This document shows positions 50,559-60,603 of a DNA stretch of 64,000 nucleotides, piece by piece. The translations under genes and the position numbers were made by a program. Under the pieces are notes generated by a model. It was not told where the DNA came from. It saw only the letters and a program-made list of their open reading frames with translations, and did not search any database. Numbering within the stretch: position 1 is the stretch's first letter; the number at the start of each line of letters is the position of its first letter. The DNA comes from Spirochaetia bacterium (GTDB lineage Bacteria > Spirochaetota > Spirochaetia > SP-2023). The stretch is from contig CBDDCK010000005.1 in the NCBI GenBank assembly GCA_965225855.1, positions 896,001 to 960,000 on the forward strand, written 5' to 3'.

Positions 50559-50631
50559 TGCCACCGGTGAGAATCGAACTCACGACACAGGGATTTTCAG
50601 TCCCTTGCTCTACCGACTGAGCTACAGCGGC
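50559..50631 (-). tRNA. tRNA-Phe (GAA)
   Basis: GCCGCTGTAGCTCAGTCGGTAGAGC...AGGGA-CTGAAAA-TCCCT...GTTCGATTC...GGTGGCA. Confidence 0.97.
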
Positions 50632-50756
50632 TAATCAATGCTGCAGGGAATATATTGCTGTGCTCTACCTTTGTCAATATATTCCCTGCAAAATTTGCAA
50701 TAAACGGAAATACTATATGAAGCAACTCTAAAATTTGCTTCCTTTGTTTCCAGTTC

Positions 50757-53045
50757 TTATTTGCTACATTCTTGGCGTAAAACTTTTGCAGCCTCAACCA
50801 TCAATTTCAAAGCTTCTTGGGTTTCGGGCCAATCGCGGGTCTTTAAGCCACAGTCCGGATTAATCCAGATTTGCCAATTTTCTAAGTATTGTTTGGCTTT
50901 GCGGATTACACTGGCCATTTCCTCAAGCTGGGGCACACGTGGGGAATGAATGTCATAAACACCCAGACCAATTCCACTAGGGTATTTTGACTCGCTCATA
51001 ACTTTTAGAATATCGTGCTGGGAACGCGAAGCTTCAATGCTAATTACGTCTGTATCCATCACAGCAATGGCAGCCATAATTTCATTAAATTCAGAATAAC
51101 ACATGTGGGTATGGATTTGTGTCTGATCTTTTACGCCCGCAGCACTGATACGAAAGCTTTCCACCGCCCACTTCAAATAAGCGCTCTGGTCTTCTTTGCG
51201 CAAAGGCAAGGCTTCACGAATCGCTGGCTCGTCAATTTGAATTATGGGCAAGCCAGCTTCTTCCAAATCTTGCACTTCATCGCGCAGGGCAAAAGCAATT
51301 TGGCGGCAAGTTTGAGCCAAAGGTTGGTCATCACGCACGAAAGACCATTTCAAAATGGTAATTGGGCCGGTAAGCATTGCCTTCATGGGAAGTTTGGTTT
51401 TCTGTTGGGCAAAGGTCATCCAATCAACTGTCATTGCCTTGGCGCGCGCTATATCTCCATAAATTACCGGCGGGCGTACACAACGCGAACCGTAGGATTG
51501 CACCCAGCCGTTACTGGTAAAAGCCAAGCCCGAAAGCTGCTCGCCAAAATATTCCACCATATCGGTGCGTTCAAACTCACCATGAACCAGCACATCTAGC
51601 CCTAAATCTTGTTGGAGTTGAATACATTTTTGGGTTTCTTGTTCTAAGAAATCATGATATTGCTGTTGGCTAATTTCCCCTTTGCGGCAAGCGCTGCGTT
51701 TTTTGCGCACTTCCGCTGTTTGCGGGAAAGAGCCAATGGTTGTGGTTGGAAACAAGGGAAGCCCTAATTTCTGCACTTGTTTTTTGCGCCGCTCGCTAAA
51801 AACGCTGTTGCGCTGGGTATCTTTTGGGCTAATAGCCGAAACGCGTTGTTGCACGCTAGGGTTGTTGATAATGCTAGAGCTTTTGCGATCTTCAATGGCA
51901 GCATTACTGACTTCCAAAGCTTGCGTTATATCTTGGCCATCTAAGCCTTTGGCTAGAGTAACAATCTCATCGAGTTTCTGGCGAGCAAAGGCTAACTGTT
52001 GGTATACTTCTGGTTGTAAATGGCCTTGTTCATGCCTTAAATCCACTGGGCTGTGCAGTAGTGAACAAGAAGAGCTAACGATCAAACGTTCTGGACCTAT
52101 TTTGTCTACTATATTTTGCAGTAAGGCCAAAGACTTACCCAGCTTATTGCGCCAAATATTGCGGCCGTTAACGATACCAGCAGAAACTTTAACTGCTTCG
52201 GGCAGCTTGCCTAGTATTGCGTTAAGCTCAGCTTGACTGTGGTTGATTAAATCTAGGTGCAGGGTTGCAATCCCTTGGTTTACCACCAATTCGGCATTTT
52301 CACGCAGTGGCGCAAAGTAACTGCTTACAAATAATTTGGCTTTACTAGCTAGCAAACCATAGGCTTTGCGGTAGGCCTCTTTGGCTGCATCGTCTAAATC
52401 CAAAGCTAAAAATGGCTCTTCAATCTGTACTTGTTGGTATTCGGCAAGCTCGGCTAGCAACTGTTGATATACAGCTAACAAAGTATCCAAAAGCTGTAAC
52501 GGTTGGTCCAAGCCTTTGCTAAGCAATAAAAAGCTTACGGGCCCTAACACTACTGGGCGAATTTTGGCTTTCGTCCCAATAGTATTTTGGGCTTCTTGCA
52601 GTAGCTGTTTTACGGTGGAGCTGTCTAATTGGAATTTTTGCCCTGCTACTAATTCTGGTACAATGTTGTGGTAATTGGTATCAAACCACTTGGTCATCTC
52701 CATGGCCGCTACATCAATGCCATCTTGCTGGCGGCCACGGGCCATTGCAAAGAATAGGTCTAACGGTTGCTCTAGTTTACTTTCAATATCTTGGTAGCGT
52801 TGCGGAATTGCTCGCAACATACAAATGGTATTGAGCACGTGGTCATAAAAGCTAAAATCACCTACCGGGATTTCGGTTACTCCAGCTTCCAGCATAGCAG
52901 CATAGTTGCTTTGGCGCACTCTGGCCGCTGCATCTTGTAATGCTGAAATACTAGACTTACCTTTCCAATAGGCTTCTTGGGCACGTTTTAGCTCACGTTT
53001 AGCCCCAATGCGGGGGTAGCCGAGTATGGTTGTTGCTATAGACAT
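50757..53045 (-). CDS. metE: Cobalamin-independent methionine synthase
   Basis: GYPRIG, EMTKWFDTNYH, PTTTIGSFPQ, HTHMCYSEF and NPDCGLKTR Zn ligands. Confidence 0.98.
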   Translation of the reverse strand: MSIATTILGYPRIGAKRELKRAQEAYWKGKSSISALQDAAARVRQSNYAAMLEAGVTEIPVGDFSFYDHVLNTICMLRAIPQRYQDIESKLEQPLDLFFAMARGRQQDGIDVAAMEMTKWFDTNYHNIVPELVAGQKFQLDSSTVKQLLQEAQNTIGTKAKIRPVVLGPVSFLLLSKGLDQPLQLLDTLLAVYQQLLAELAEYQQVQIEEPFLALDLDDAAKEAYRKAYGLLASKAKLFVSSYFAPLRENAELVVNQGIATLHLDLINHSQAELNAILGKLPEAVKVSAGIVNGRNIWRNKLGKSLALLQNIVDKIGPERLIVSSSCSLLHSPVDLRHEQGHLQPEVYQQLAFARQKLDEIVTLAKGLDGQDITQALEVSNAAIEDRKSSSIINNPSVQQRVSAISPKDTQRNSVFSERRKKQVQKLGLPLFPTTTIGSFPQTAEVRKKRSACRKGEISQQQYHDFLEQETQKCIQLQQDLGLDVLVHGEFERTDMVEYFGEQLSGLAFTSNGWVQSYGSRCVRPPVIYGDIARAKAMTVDWMTFAQQKTKLPMKAMLTGPITILKWSFVRDDQPLAQTCRQIAFALRDEVQDLEEAGLPIIQIDEPAIREALPLRKEDQSAYLKWAVESFRISAAGVKDQTQIHTHMCYSEFNEIMAAIAVMDTDVISIEASRSQHDILKVMSESKYPSGIGLGVYDIHSPRVPQLEEMASVIRKAKQYLENWQIWINPDCGLKTRDWPETQEALKLMVEAAKVLRQECSK

Positions 53046-53208
53046 TGATTCTCCTCTTATTTGATAGCTTGGTAAGACAGCGAGTATTTTGGCTTCTCGA
53101 TCGTTATTTTTGAAACGCTACGGGCAAGCTTATTTTCCGTATCAATTTATAAAGTTTATCGGCCTAACTGAAAACTATTGACTAAGAATTTTTATAAATT
53201 TTCTGCAA
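51402..53208. repeat. Copy 1 of an 1807-bp direct repeat (metE 5' part plus 163 bp upstream)
   Basis: Appears identical to 58436-60242 (offset 7034). Confidence 0.95.
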
Positions 53209-53608
53209 TACTTTTATGGTACAGTTTACCAAGCTGACAGTTAGCCCCTACGCCCTTGCATTACATTACAAATCGCCTTGGCCTGTTTTTTGCCAAGGAA
53301 GCAACCGTAAATTATAGCCTTAATAAAAATTTTTATAGCCTTGCTAATTGTTTTTTGCAAGGCTATTTTTACTTGTTGTAGCCTTGGATATTTTGATAGT
53401 AACGCTGAAGACACTTTCTTTTTGGTTAAAATGAATTAAGCTTGAGTTATTGCTAAACTTAACGTTTAGCCAAGTTTACGGTAGTTCCTACTAGAAAGTA
53501 AGCTCAAAAAAATTTTTTATTCTTGACAACTCAAATATCCTGCTCAATAATACTGTCCGTAGGAACGGAAAGCATTATTAGGTAAAAAATATGGGTCTAA
53601 TCCTAAGC

Positions 53609-53656
53609 AAAATTTACAATTAGTTTAAAATAAAAATTTACAATTAGTTTAAAATA
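53609..53656. repeat. 24-bp tandem duplication upstream of the TRAP operon
   Basis: AAAATTTACAATTAGTTTAAAATA twice. Confidence 0.7.
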
Positions 53657-53709
53657 AGTTAATAATATTTATTTTGAGTTGGTTTCTATTAAAAAATGAG
53701 GGAAACTCT

Positions 53710-54216
53710 ATGAATTATTTATTAAAATTACTTTCTGATTTTAATAATTATCTTTGTAAATTTCTTGTGAACCTTACTGGGCTTATTCTAGTGCTGATCT
53801 CGATTATTTTTTTCTATGCAGTATTGATGCGATATACTTTAAATAGTCCAGTTACTTGGAGTGAAGATGCTGCAAAGATTCTTATGGTCTGGATGATTCT
53901 CTTGGGAGCTCCTGTAGGGTTAAAAGCAGGGAATCATGTTTCTATTGATTTGTTGCTTGAAGAATTACCAGAGATATTAAGTAAACTCTTGAGAATTATT
54001 TCTGTTCTCCTGATTGTCTTTACCACAATAATTGTTCTGAAATATGGTTGGTCTTTTGCTTTGAGAGGAATGAGACGAATTGTCCCTAGTATTGATTGGA
54101 TGAAATTTGGAGTGGCTTATTTAGCCTTACCAGTAGGATACGGCTTGATGCTTCCAATTTGTTTTGAACAAATCCTTCGCCATATTGCTGAATTGTGTTG
54201 CGGTTATAAAAAATAA
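53710..54216 (+). CDS. TRAP transporter small permease (DctQ family)
   Basis: Four TM helices, MRY.LNSP.TWSE, NHVSIDL; ATG at 53710 after GAGG. Confidence 0.88.
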   Translation: MNYLLKLLSDFNNYLCKFLVNLTGLILVLISIIFFYAVLMRYTLNSPVTWSEDAAKILMVWMILLGAPVGLKAGNHVSIDLLLEELPEILSKLLRIISVLLIVFTTIIVLKYGWSFALRGMRRIVPSIDWMKFGVAYLALPVGYGLMLPICFEQILRHIAELCCGYKK

Positions 54217-54231
54217 AGGAGATAAATTAAA

Positions 54232-55515
54232 ATGCCTTTGTATTTGATTATTGTTGTATGCTCTAGCTTTATTGGCTTGCCAATAGTATTTGCCTTAATT
54301 CTTGGACCGTTTGCCGATTTTTTGCTAAATGGTCAACAAGCAATATTAGAAACTTTAGTCCAACGAATTTTTTCTGGAATGCACAAATTTATCTTACTTG
54401 CAGTACCTCTTTTTATTTTAGCTGGTGAAATGATGAATCAAGGTGGAGTTACTATGCGGATAGTAAATCTTTCGCGCGCTATGGTAGGCCATTTTCATGG
54501 CGGCTTGGCGCAAGTTAATATTCTTGCCAGTATTCTTTTTGCTGGTTTGAGTGGATCCGCAGTTGCTGATACATCAGCCTTAGGTTCCATTTTGATCCCA
54601 TCTATGGAGGAAGACGGTTATCCTAAAGATTTTTCTGCTGCTGTTACTGCCGCCTCTTCTATAATCGGCCCGATAATACCACCCAGTATTATTATGATAG
54701 TTTATGCTTTTATAATGGAGGTATCTACTGGTGCGCTCTTTGCAGCAGGGATTCTGCCGGGTATAGTAATGGGTGTTGGACTTATGTTAATGACAAGAGT
54801 AATTGCAAAAAAAAGAAATTTTCCACGAAGTGTTCAAACTAATCTTGAAGAAAAATTCGTGGCAATAAAATCTGGCTTCCTGCCGATGTTAGCTCCTGTG
54901 ATTATTCTTGGTGGGATACTTTTCAGTATTGTATCTCCCACTGAAGCAGCTATTTTAGCTGTTGCATATGCCCTATTTCTTGGTCTATTTATAACAAAGG
55001 ATTTAAAAATAAAAACGATTCCTCAGATATTTAATAAAGCATCTATAGAATCTGGTGTCATTTTATTGGTTATTGGGTCTGCTGCAATGTTTGGATGGGT
55101 ATTAACGGTTACTCGAATCCCCCATATGTTAGCTACCTTTATTTTAGATTTAACAGAAAACAAATATTTTTTCTTAATTATAATGAACGTATTTCTTTTC
55201 CTAATTGGAATGTTTCTCGATGCAGGGCCAGCGATACTTATTTTAGGACCAATCCTTGGCCCAACATTTTTTGAATTGGGAATAAATCCAACTCATTTTG
55301 CAGTGGTTATGTGTGTCAATTTGACTGTAGGATTAACGACACCTCCTTTTGGATTAGTATTATTTGCTGCATCCGCAGTATCAAAACTCTCTGTAAAAAA
55401 GATTGTACGCCAAATGGTCCCCTACTGGTTCGTTCACATAATTGTAGTATTTATAATTACATTTGTGCCCGATCTATCTTTGACTTTACCAAAGTTATTA
55501 GGATTTTCAGTGTAG
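54232..55515 (+). CDS. TRAP transporter large permease (DctM family)
   Basis: LLAVPLFILAGEMM, GLSGSAVAD, IIPPSI, PTEAA, TPPFG. Confidence 0.95.
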   Translation: MPLYLIIVVCSSFIGLPIVFALILGPFADFLLNGQQAILETLVQRIFSGMHKFILLAVPLFILAGEMMNQGGVTMRIVNLSRAMVGHFHGGLAQVNILASILFAGLSGSAVADTSALGSILIPSMEEDGYPKDFSAAVTAASSIIGPIIPPSIIMIVYAFIMEVSTGALFAAGILPGIVMGVGLMLMTRVIAKKRNFPRSVQTNLEEKFVAIKSGFLPMLAPVIILGGILFSIVSPTEAAILAVAYALFLGLFITKDLKIKTIPQIFNKASIESGVILLVIGSAAMFGWVLTVTRIPHMLATFILDLTENKYFFLIIMNVFLFLIGMFLDAGPAILILGPILGPTFFELGINPTHFAVVMCVNLTVGLTTPPFGLVLFAASAVSKLSVKKIVRQMVPYWFVHIIVVFIITFVPDLSLTLPKLLGFSV

Positions 55516-55578
55516 TATAAAATTATCCCAACCGTTTTTCAGTTGGGGAAATAAAAAATTCTAGGAGGTTATTTTATT

Positions 55579-56631
55579 ATGAATAACATCAATAAACTAT
55601 TTTTGCTAGCAATGATCGTATCATTGTTTGCTAGTCCATTCTTATTTGCCAGAGGCTCTAGCGGAGGGAAGGCTGAATCCTATACCTTAAAAATATCCCA
55701 TGCGGGGCCGGTATCAGAAGTAAATGATGACTATGTGGGTGCAAAAGCAATTAAAGATTATATAGAAGAAAAATCTAATGGTAAAATTTCTGTTGAGATT
55801 TATTCGGGAAGTCAGCTTGGCAATTATCAGGAAGTTATGGAACAAGTTGATTCGGGTGTCTTAGAAATTGCGCATACTTCGATTGGGGGCGTTACTCCAT
55901 TTATCCCTGAGCTAGCTGTTGTAGACTTGCAGTATATGATACCAGGAGATAAAGTTGTGGTAGAATTAATGGATGGGCCTTTCTTTGATGAAATGAATAC
56001 TGCTATTAAAAATGTATTGCCTAATGTAACACTTGCTGGTGTTTCAGACGGGGGACGATGGCGTTCTTTTTATACAACGAATACTGAAGTAAAATCTGCA
56101 AATGATTTAAAAGGATTGAAAATTCGGACGATAAATTCGCCACTACAGCAAGAATTTGCTAGACAACTTGGAGCGGCAGCTACCCCTGTAGCTTGGAGTG
56201 AAGTCTATACAGGCCTTGCTTCAGAGCTAGTTGTCGGACTTAAAATAGCTACTCCTGATATTATGTCTAATAACTTTGATGAAGTGATTCGCTTTGGTGT
56301 TTTAGATCGGCATACATTTCTTTTTGGATTCTATTTTATCAGTGATCAATTTATGAATAGTATGCCTAAAGACCTTCAGAATATTGTTATGCAAGGCGTT
56401 GAATACGGAACAAAACAGCAGACAGCCTTTAACCAAGCCAGGGAAGAACAAGCCAATAAGGAATTTATCCAGGGAGGTGGTGCCATTCATGAATTGACGG
56501 AAGCTGAAAGAGCTACATTTCTTCCTGCAAGAGAGGCCATGAAGAGTTGGTATATAAATAAATATGGTACCAAATGGCTAAACTCATTTGAAAGTGCCAT
56601 AGAAATAGCAAAAGCGGCAGTGGCAAAATAA
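55579..56631 (+). CDS. TRAP transporter substrate-binding protein (DctP family)
   Basis: Signal peptide, GSQLG, DLKGLKIR, PVAWSEVYTGL. Confidence 0.93.
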   Translation: MNNINKLFLLAMIVSLFASPFLFARGSSGGKAESYTLKISHAGPVSEVNDDYVGAKAIKDYIEEKSNGKISVEIYSGSQLGNYQEVMEQVDSGVLEIAHTSIGGVTPFIPELAVVDLQYMIPGDKVVVELMDGPFFDEMNTAIKNVLPNVTLAGVSDGGRWRSFYTTNTEVKSANDLKGLKIRTINSPLQQEFARQLGAAATPVAWSEVYTGLASELVVGLKIATPDIMSNNFDEVIRFGVLDRHTFLFGFYFISDQFMNSMPKDLQNIVMQGVEYGTKQQTAFNQAREEQANKEFIQGGGAIHELTEAERATFLPAREAMKSWYINKYGTKWLNSFESAIEIAKAAVAK

Positions 56632-56692
56632 AGTAGCAACAAGATTTACAAGAGAGGCCAAATTGTAATTTGGCCTCAAAAAGGAGCGATAT

Positions 56693-57784
56693 ATGAAAGC
56701 GATGGGATTCCCACTCATATATAAACAGGGTAGTAATCTGGTTGATTCTTTAGGAGAGCATGTACGACTTTTTGGAACAAAAGCTTTTATTGTTGCCGAT
56801 CAGTTTATTAGAGATTCATATGGGAAAAAATTGGCCGATGCTTTGAATAAAGAAAGTATTGAGACAGTGTTTGTTGATTTTTCAGGCCAAACGGCACCAT
56901 CAGAGTTGGAGCGATTACGCCAAATATCACAGGAAAATGCTTGCGATTTTGTTATTGGCTTTGGTGGAGGGAAGGCTCAAGATGCGGCAAAAGTCGTCAA
57001 AAAAGAACAGGGTATTCCTGTCGTGATTATTCCCACAATTGCATCTAATGACGCAGCCACCAGCCGGCTTGCAATAACTTATACCGAAGATGGTAAATTT
57101 CTAGGGCCAATCTTGCTTCCTACAAATCCCGATGCTATTATTGTGGATACATCAATCATAATAAATGCACCTGTTCGTTTTTTTATTGCTGGTATTAGTG
57201 ATGCATTAGCTACATATTTTGAAGCTTTCCAATGTAATTCTTCTGGCGTGAAAAATTTTTTCAATGGTCGGCAAACGGAAACAGCATTTGCTTTAGCAGA
57301 AAAATGTTTTCAACTTATATCGGAAAATGCAGAGCAAGCTGTGGCCGCAGTTAAAAATAAGGAGCTCACGGACTCGGTAGAAAGGGTTATTGAAGCAAAC
57401 GTATTGTTAAGTGGACTGGGCTTTGAAGGATGTGGCGTTGCCGCTGCACATGCGATTTCACAAGGATTTACTCTGATACCACAATTACACGGTAATCTCC
57501 ACGGTGAAGAAGTTGCGGTTGGGCTACTTTCCCAGTTCGTATTGGAAGAAAGAGACGAAACATTTTTACAGTCTATGTTTGATTTCTACCGCCGTATAGG
57601 TATTCCCAATAGTCTTAGATCTTTGGGGTTGTTGGAACCGAGCAACGAACATTATCAGATTATTGCTCAATTTGCTTGCCGAGATAATAGCCGCATATTT
57701 AATATGGACAAAGAGATTACTATTCCTCTGGTAATAGATGCGCTCAAAAAGACCGAGTATTTAGCACAAGAATACAAAAATTAG
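56693..57784 (+). CDS. gldA: Glycerol dehydrogenase (iron-containing ADH family)
   Basis: GFGGGK..D.AK, IPTIASNDA, AGISDALAT, LSGLGFE, AAAHAI, HGEEVA. Confidence 0.85.
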   Translation: MKAMGFPLIYKQGSNLVDSLGEHVRLFGTKAFIVADQFIRDSYGKKLADALNKESIETVFVDFSGQTAPSELERLRQISQENACDFVIGFGGGKAQDAAKVVKKEQGIPVVIIPTIASNDAATSRLAITYTEDGKFLGPILLPTNPDAIIVDTSIIINAPVRFFIAGISDALATYFEAFQCNSSGVKNFFNGRQTETAFALAEKCFQLISENAEQAVAAVKNKELTDSVERVIEANVLLSGLGFEGCGVAAAHAISQGFTLIPQLHGNLHGEEVAVGLLSQFVLEERDETFLQSMFDFYRRIGIPNSLRSLGLLEPSNEHYQIIAQFACRDNSRIFNMDKEITIPLVIDALKKTEYLAQEYKN

Positions 57785-57925
57785 CTATATATTTAGATTC
57801 AAATCACCTTCTAGGTTAGTAGCAAAAAATACCAAACTATGATTAATGTCTCTACCAAGCTGGTAGCTTTTATTATTACAAAAAATTTAGGTAAGGCCTA
57901 TTGCGTTGTTTACAAAAACTTTGCC

Positions 57926-60079
57926 CTACAGTTTGTTAAGCTCATTTTGTAGGGAATCAAATTCTTGTTGCTGTTGCTCTAGTTGCTCTTCTACACGGTG
58001 GACGCTAGCCAGTATTTCATTGCGCATTTGTTCGTGCGCTTGCTGGCTTTGCTCTTGCATAAATGCACTGTAGTTTTGCTCTATGTTGCTGCGGCAGTTG
58101 CTAAAGTATTGCTCTAGCTGGTGCTTGGCCTCGGTTTCAAACTGCTGTTGAATAGCTTGCATGTTCTCTTTGAGCTTTTCCATGCTAAAGGTAATGTCAT
58201 GGTTGTTTGGGTCTTGCTTCATTACGCCTTTGCCCCGCTGGTTGCCCTTGCCTTCAAAGGTGATGGGCGGTGCGCTAAATTGCAGTAGCATCCAGTCTTG
58301 TACTTGGGTTGGCGCAATTTCTTGAGTACCATCTTCTGGCTGGGGCTCTGCGCCATATTTGGTTGGGCTGGGGCCATTACCCCCTAGCTGCTCGGTCAAT
58401 AGCTGCTGAAACGGTGTGCGGTACTGCCCTAGTAGCTGTTGGGCAAAGGTCATCCAATCAACTGTCATTGCCTTGGCGCGCGCTATATCTCCATAAATTA
58501 CCGGCGGGCGTACACAACGCGAACCGTAGGATTGCACCCAGCCGTTACTGGTAAAAGCCAAGCCCGAAAGCTGCTCGCCAAAATATTCCACCATATCGGT
58601 GCGTTCAAACTCACCATGAACCAGCACATCTAGCCCTAAATCTTGTTGGAGTTGAATACATTTTTGGGTTTCTTGTTCTAAGAAATCATGATATTGCTGT
58701 TGGCTAATTTCCCCTTTGCGGCAAGCGCTGCGTTTTTTGCGCACTTCCGCTGTTTGCGGGAAAGAGCCAATGGTTGTGGTTGGAAACAAGGGAAGCCCTA
58801 ATTTCTGCACTTGTTTTTTGCGCCGCTCGCTAAAAACGCTGTTGCGCTGGGTATCTTTTGGGCTAATAGCCGAAACGCGTTGTTGCACGCTAGGGTTGTT
58901 GATAATGCTAGAGCTTTTGCGATCTTCAATGGCAGCATTACTGACTTCCAAAGCTTGCGTTATATCTTGGCCATCTAAGCCTTTGGCTAGAGTAACAATC
59001 TCATCGAGTTTCTGGCGAGCAAAGGCTAACTGTTGGTATACTTCTGGTTGTAAATGGCCTTGTTCATGCCTTAAATCCACTGGGCTGTGCAGTAGTGAAC
59101 AAGAAGAGCTAACGATCAAACGTTCTGGACCTATTTTGTCTACTATATTTTGCAGTAAGGCCAAAGACTTACCCAGCTTATTGCGCCAAATATTGCGGCC
59201 GTTAACGATACCAGCAGAAACTTTAACTGCTTCGGGCAGCTTGCCTAGTATTGCGTTAAGCTCAGCTTGACTGTGGTTGATTAAATCTAGGTGCAGGGTT
59301 GCAATCCCTTGGTTTACCACCAATTCGGCATTTTCACGCAGTGGCGCAAAGTAACTGCTTACAAATAATTTGGCTTTACTAGCTAGCAAACCATAGGCTT
59401 TGCGGTAGGCCTCTTTGGCTGCATCGTCTAAATCCAAAGCTAAAAATGGCTCTTCAATCTGTACTTGTTGGTATTCGGCAAGCTCGGCTAGCAACTGTTG
59501 ATATACAGCTAACAAAGTATCCAAAAGCTGTAACGGTTGGTCCAAGCCTTTGCTAAGCAATAAAAAGCTTACGGGCCCTAACACTACTGGGCGAATTTTG
59601 GCTTTCGTCCCAATAGTATTTTGGGCTTCTTGCAGTAGCTGTTTTACGGTGGAGCTGTCTAATTGGAATTTTTGCCCTGCTACTAATTCTGGTACAATGT
59701 TGTGGTAATTGGTATCAAACCACTTGGTCATCTCCATGGCCGCTACATCAATGCCATCTTGCTGGCGGCCACGGGCCATTGCAAAGAATAGGTCTAACGG
59801 TTGCTCTAGTTTACTTTCAATATCTTGGTAGCGTTGCGGAATTGCTCGCAACATACAAATGGTATTGAGCACGTGGTCATAAAAGCTAAAATCACCTACC
59901 GGGATTTCGGTTACTCCAGCTTCCAGCATAGCAGCATAGTTGCTTTGGCGCACTCTGGCCGCTGCATCTTGTAATGCTGAAATACTAGACTTACCTTTCC
60001 AATAGGCTTCTTGGGCACGTTTTAGCTCACGTTTAGCCCCAATGCGGGGGTAGCCGAGTATGGTTGTTGCTATAGACAT
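57926..60079 (-). CDS. Chimeric ORF: MetE residues 1-548 fused to an unrelated 169-aa Gln/Glu-rich coiled-coil tail
   Basis: Identical to metE up to ...TFAQQ, then diverges; lacks the C-terminal Zn-binding motifs. Confidence 0.85.
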   Translation of the reverse strand: MSIATTILGYPRIGAKRELKRAQEAYWKGKSSISALQDAAARVRQSNYAAMLEAGVTEIPVGDFSFYDHVLNTICMLRAIPQRYQDIESKLEQPLDLFFAMARGRQQDGIDVAAMEMTKWFDTNYHNIVPELVAGQKFQLDSSTVKQLLQEAQNTIGTKAKIRPVVLGPVSFLLLSKGLDQPLQLLDTLLAVYQQLLAELAEYQQVQIEEPFLALDLDDAAKEAYRKAYGLLASKAKLFVSSYFAPLRENAELVVNQGIATLHLDLINHSQAELNAILGKLPEAVKVSAGIVNGRNIWRNKLGKSLALLQNIVDKIGPERLIVSSSCSLLHSPVDLRHEQGHLQPEVYQQLAFARQKLDEIVTLAKGLDGQDITQALEVSNAAIEDRKSSSIINNPSVQQRVSAISPKDTQRNSVFSERRKKQVQKLGLPLFPTTTIGSFPQTAEVRKKRSACRKGEISQQQYHDFLEQETQKCIQLQQDLGLDVLVHGEFERTDMVEYFGEQLSGLAFTSNGWVQSYGSRCVRPPVIYGDIARAKAMTVDWMTFAQQLLGQYRTPFQQLLTEQLGGNGPSPTKYGAEPQPEDGTQEIAPTQVQDWMLLQFSAPPITFEGKGNQRGKGVMKQDPNNHDITFSMEKLKENMQAIQQQFETEAKHQLEQYFSNCRSNIEQNYSAFMQEQSQQAHEQMRNEILASVHRVEEQLEQQQQEFDSLQNELNKL

Positions 60080-60242
60080 TGATTCTCCTCTTATTTGATA
60101 GCTTGGTAAGACAGCGAGTATTTTGGCTTCTCGATCGTTATTTTTGAAACGCTACGGGCAAGCTTATTTTCCGTATCAATTTATAAAGTTTATCGGCCTA
60201 ACTGAAAACTATTGACTAAGAATTTTTATAAATTTTCTGCAA
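58436..60242. repeat. Copy 2 of the 1807-bp direct repeat
   Basis: Appears identical to 51402-53208. Confidence 0.95.
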
Positions 60243-60477
60243 AGCTTGTACTACGAGGCTATTGGCTAGCAACGAGTGTAGTGCTGTTGATAGATTATTT
60301 TCGCTGTAGATTGACCGGTTTTAAAGTTACTCGCAGAACTTAATGGGCTTGCGAACAACAGCCATACTTTGGTTATACTACTAGCTATCCAGCTGGCCGC
60401 CATAGCCTTGGCTTTCGCTAAAGTAGTGCTTTGTTTTGTGGAATTGCTAAGTTTATTGTTAAAAATTATATAAGATG

Positions 60478-60603
60478 TTATTGTTTTCTAACAACTACAA
60501 GGGAAGCCAACAACGCCGTGCGTCCATTGCCATCTGCAAACGGTTCGATTAGGCTAAAGCGGTGGTGTGCAACGGCGCACGAAATAATTATACTATCGAT
60601 CAT
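60478..60603 (-). pseudogene. Fic-domain remnant (41 aa)
   Basis: AVAHHRFSLIEPFADGNGRTALL resembles HPFxDGNGRxxR with the catalytic His replaced. Confidence 0.6.

Noticed and set aside
50551..50566. Short duplication of the tRNA-Phe 3' end as an att site
   Set aside because: Only 7 bp, with no integrase or partner site found.
53046..53300. SAM or cobalamin riboswitch upstream of metE
   Set aside because: No recognisable consensus by eye; would need an Rfam scan.
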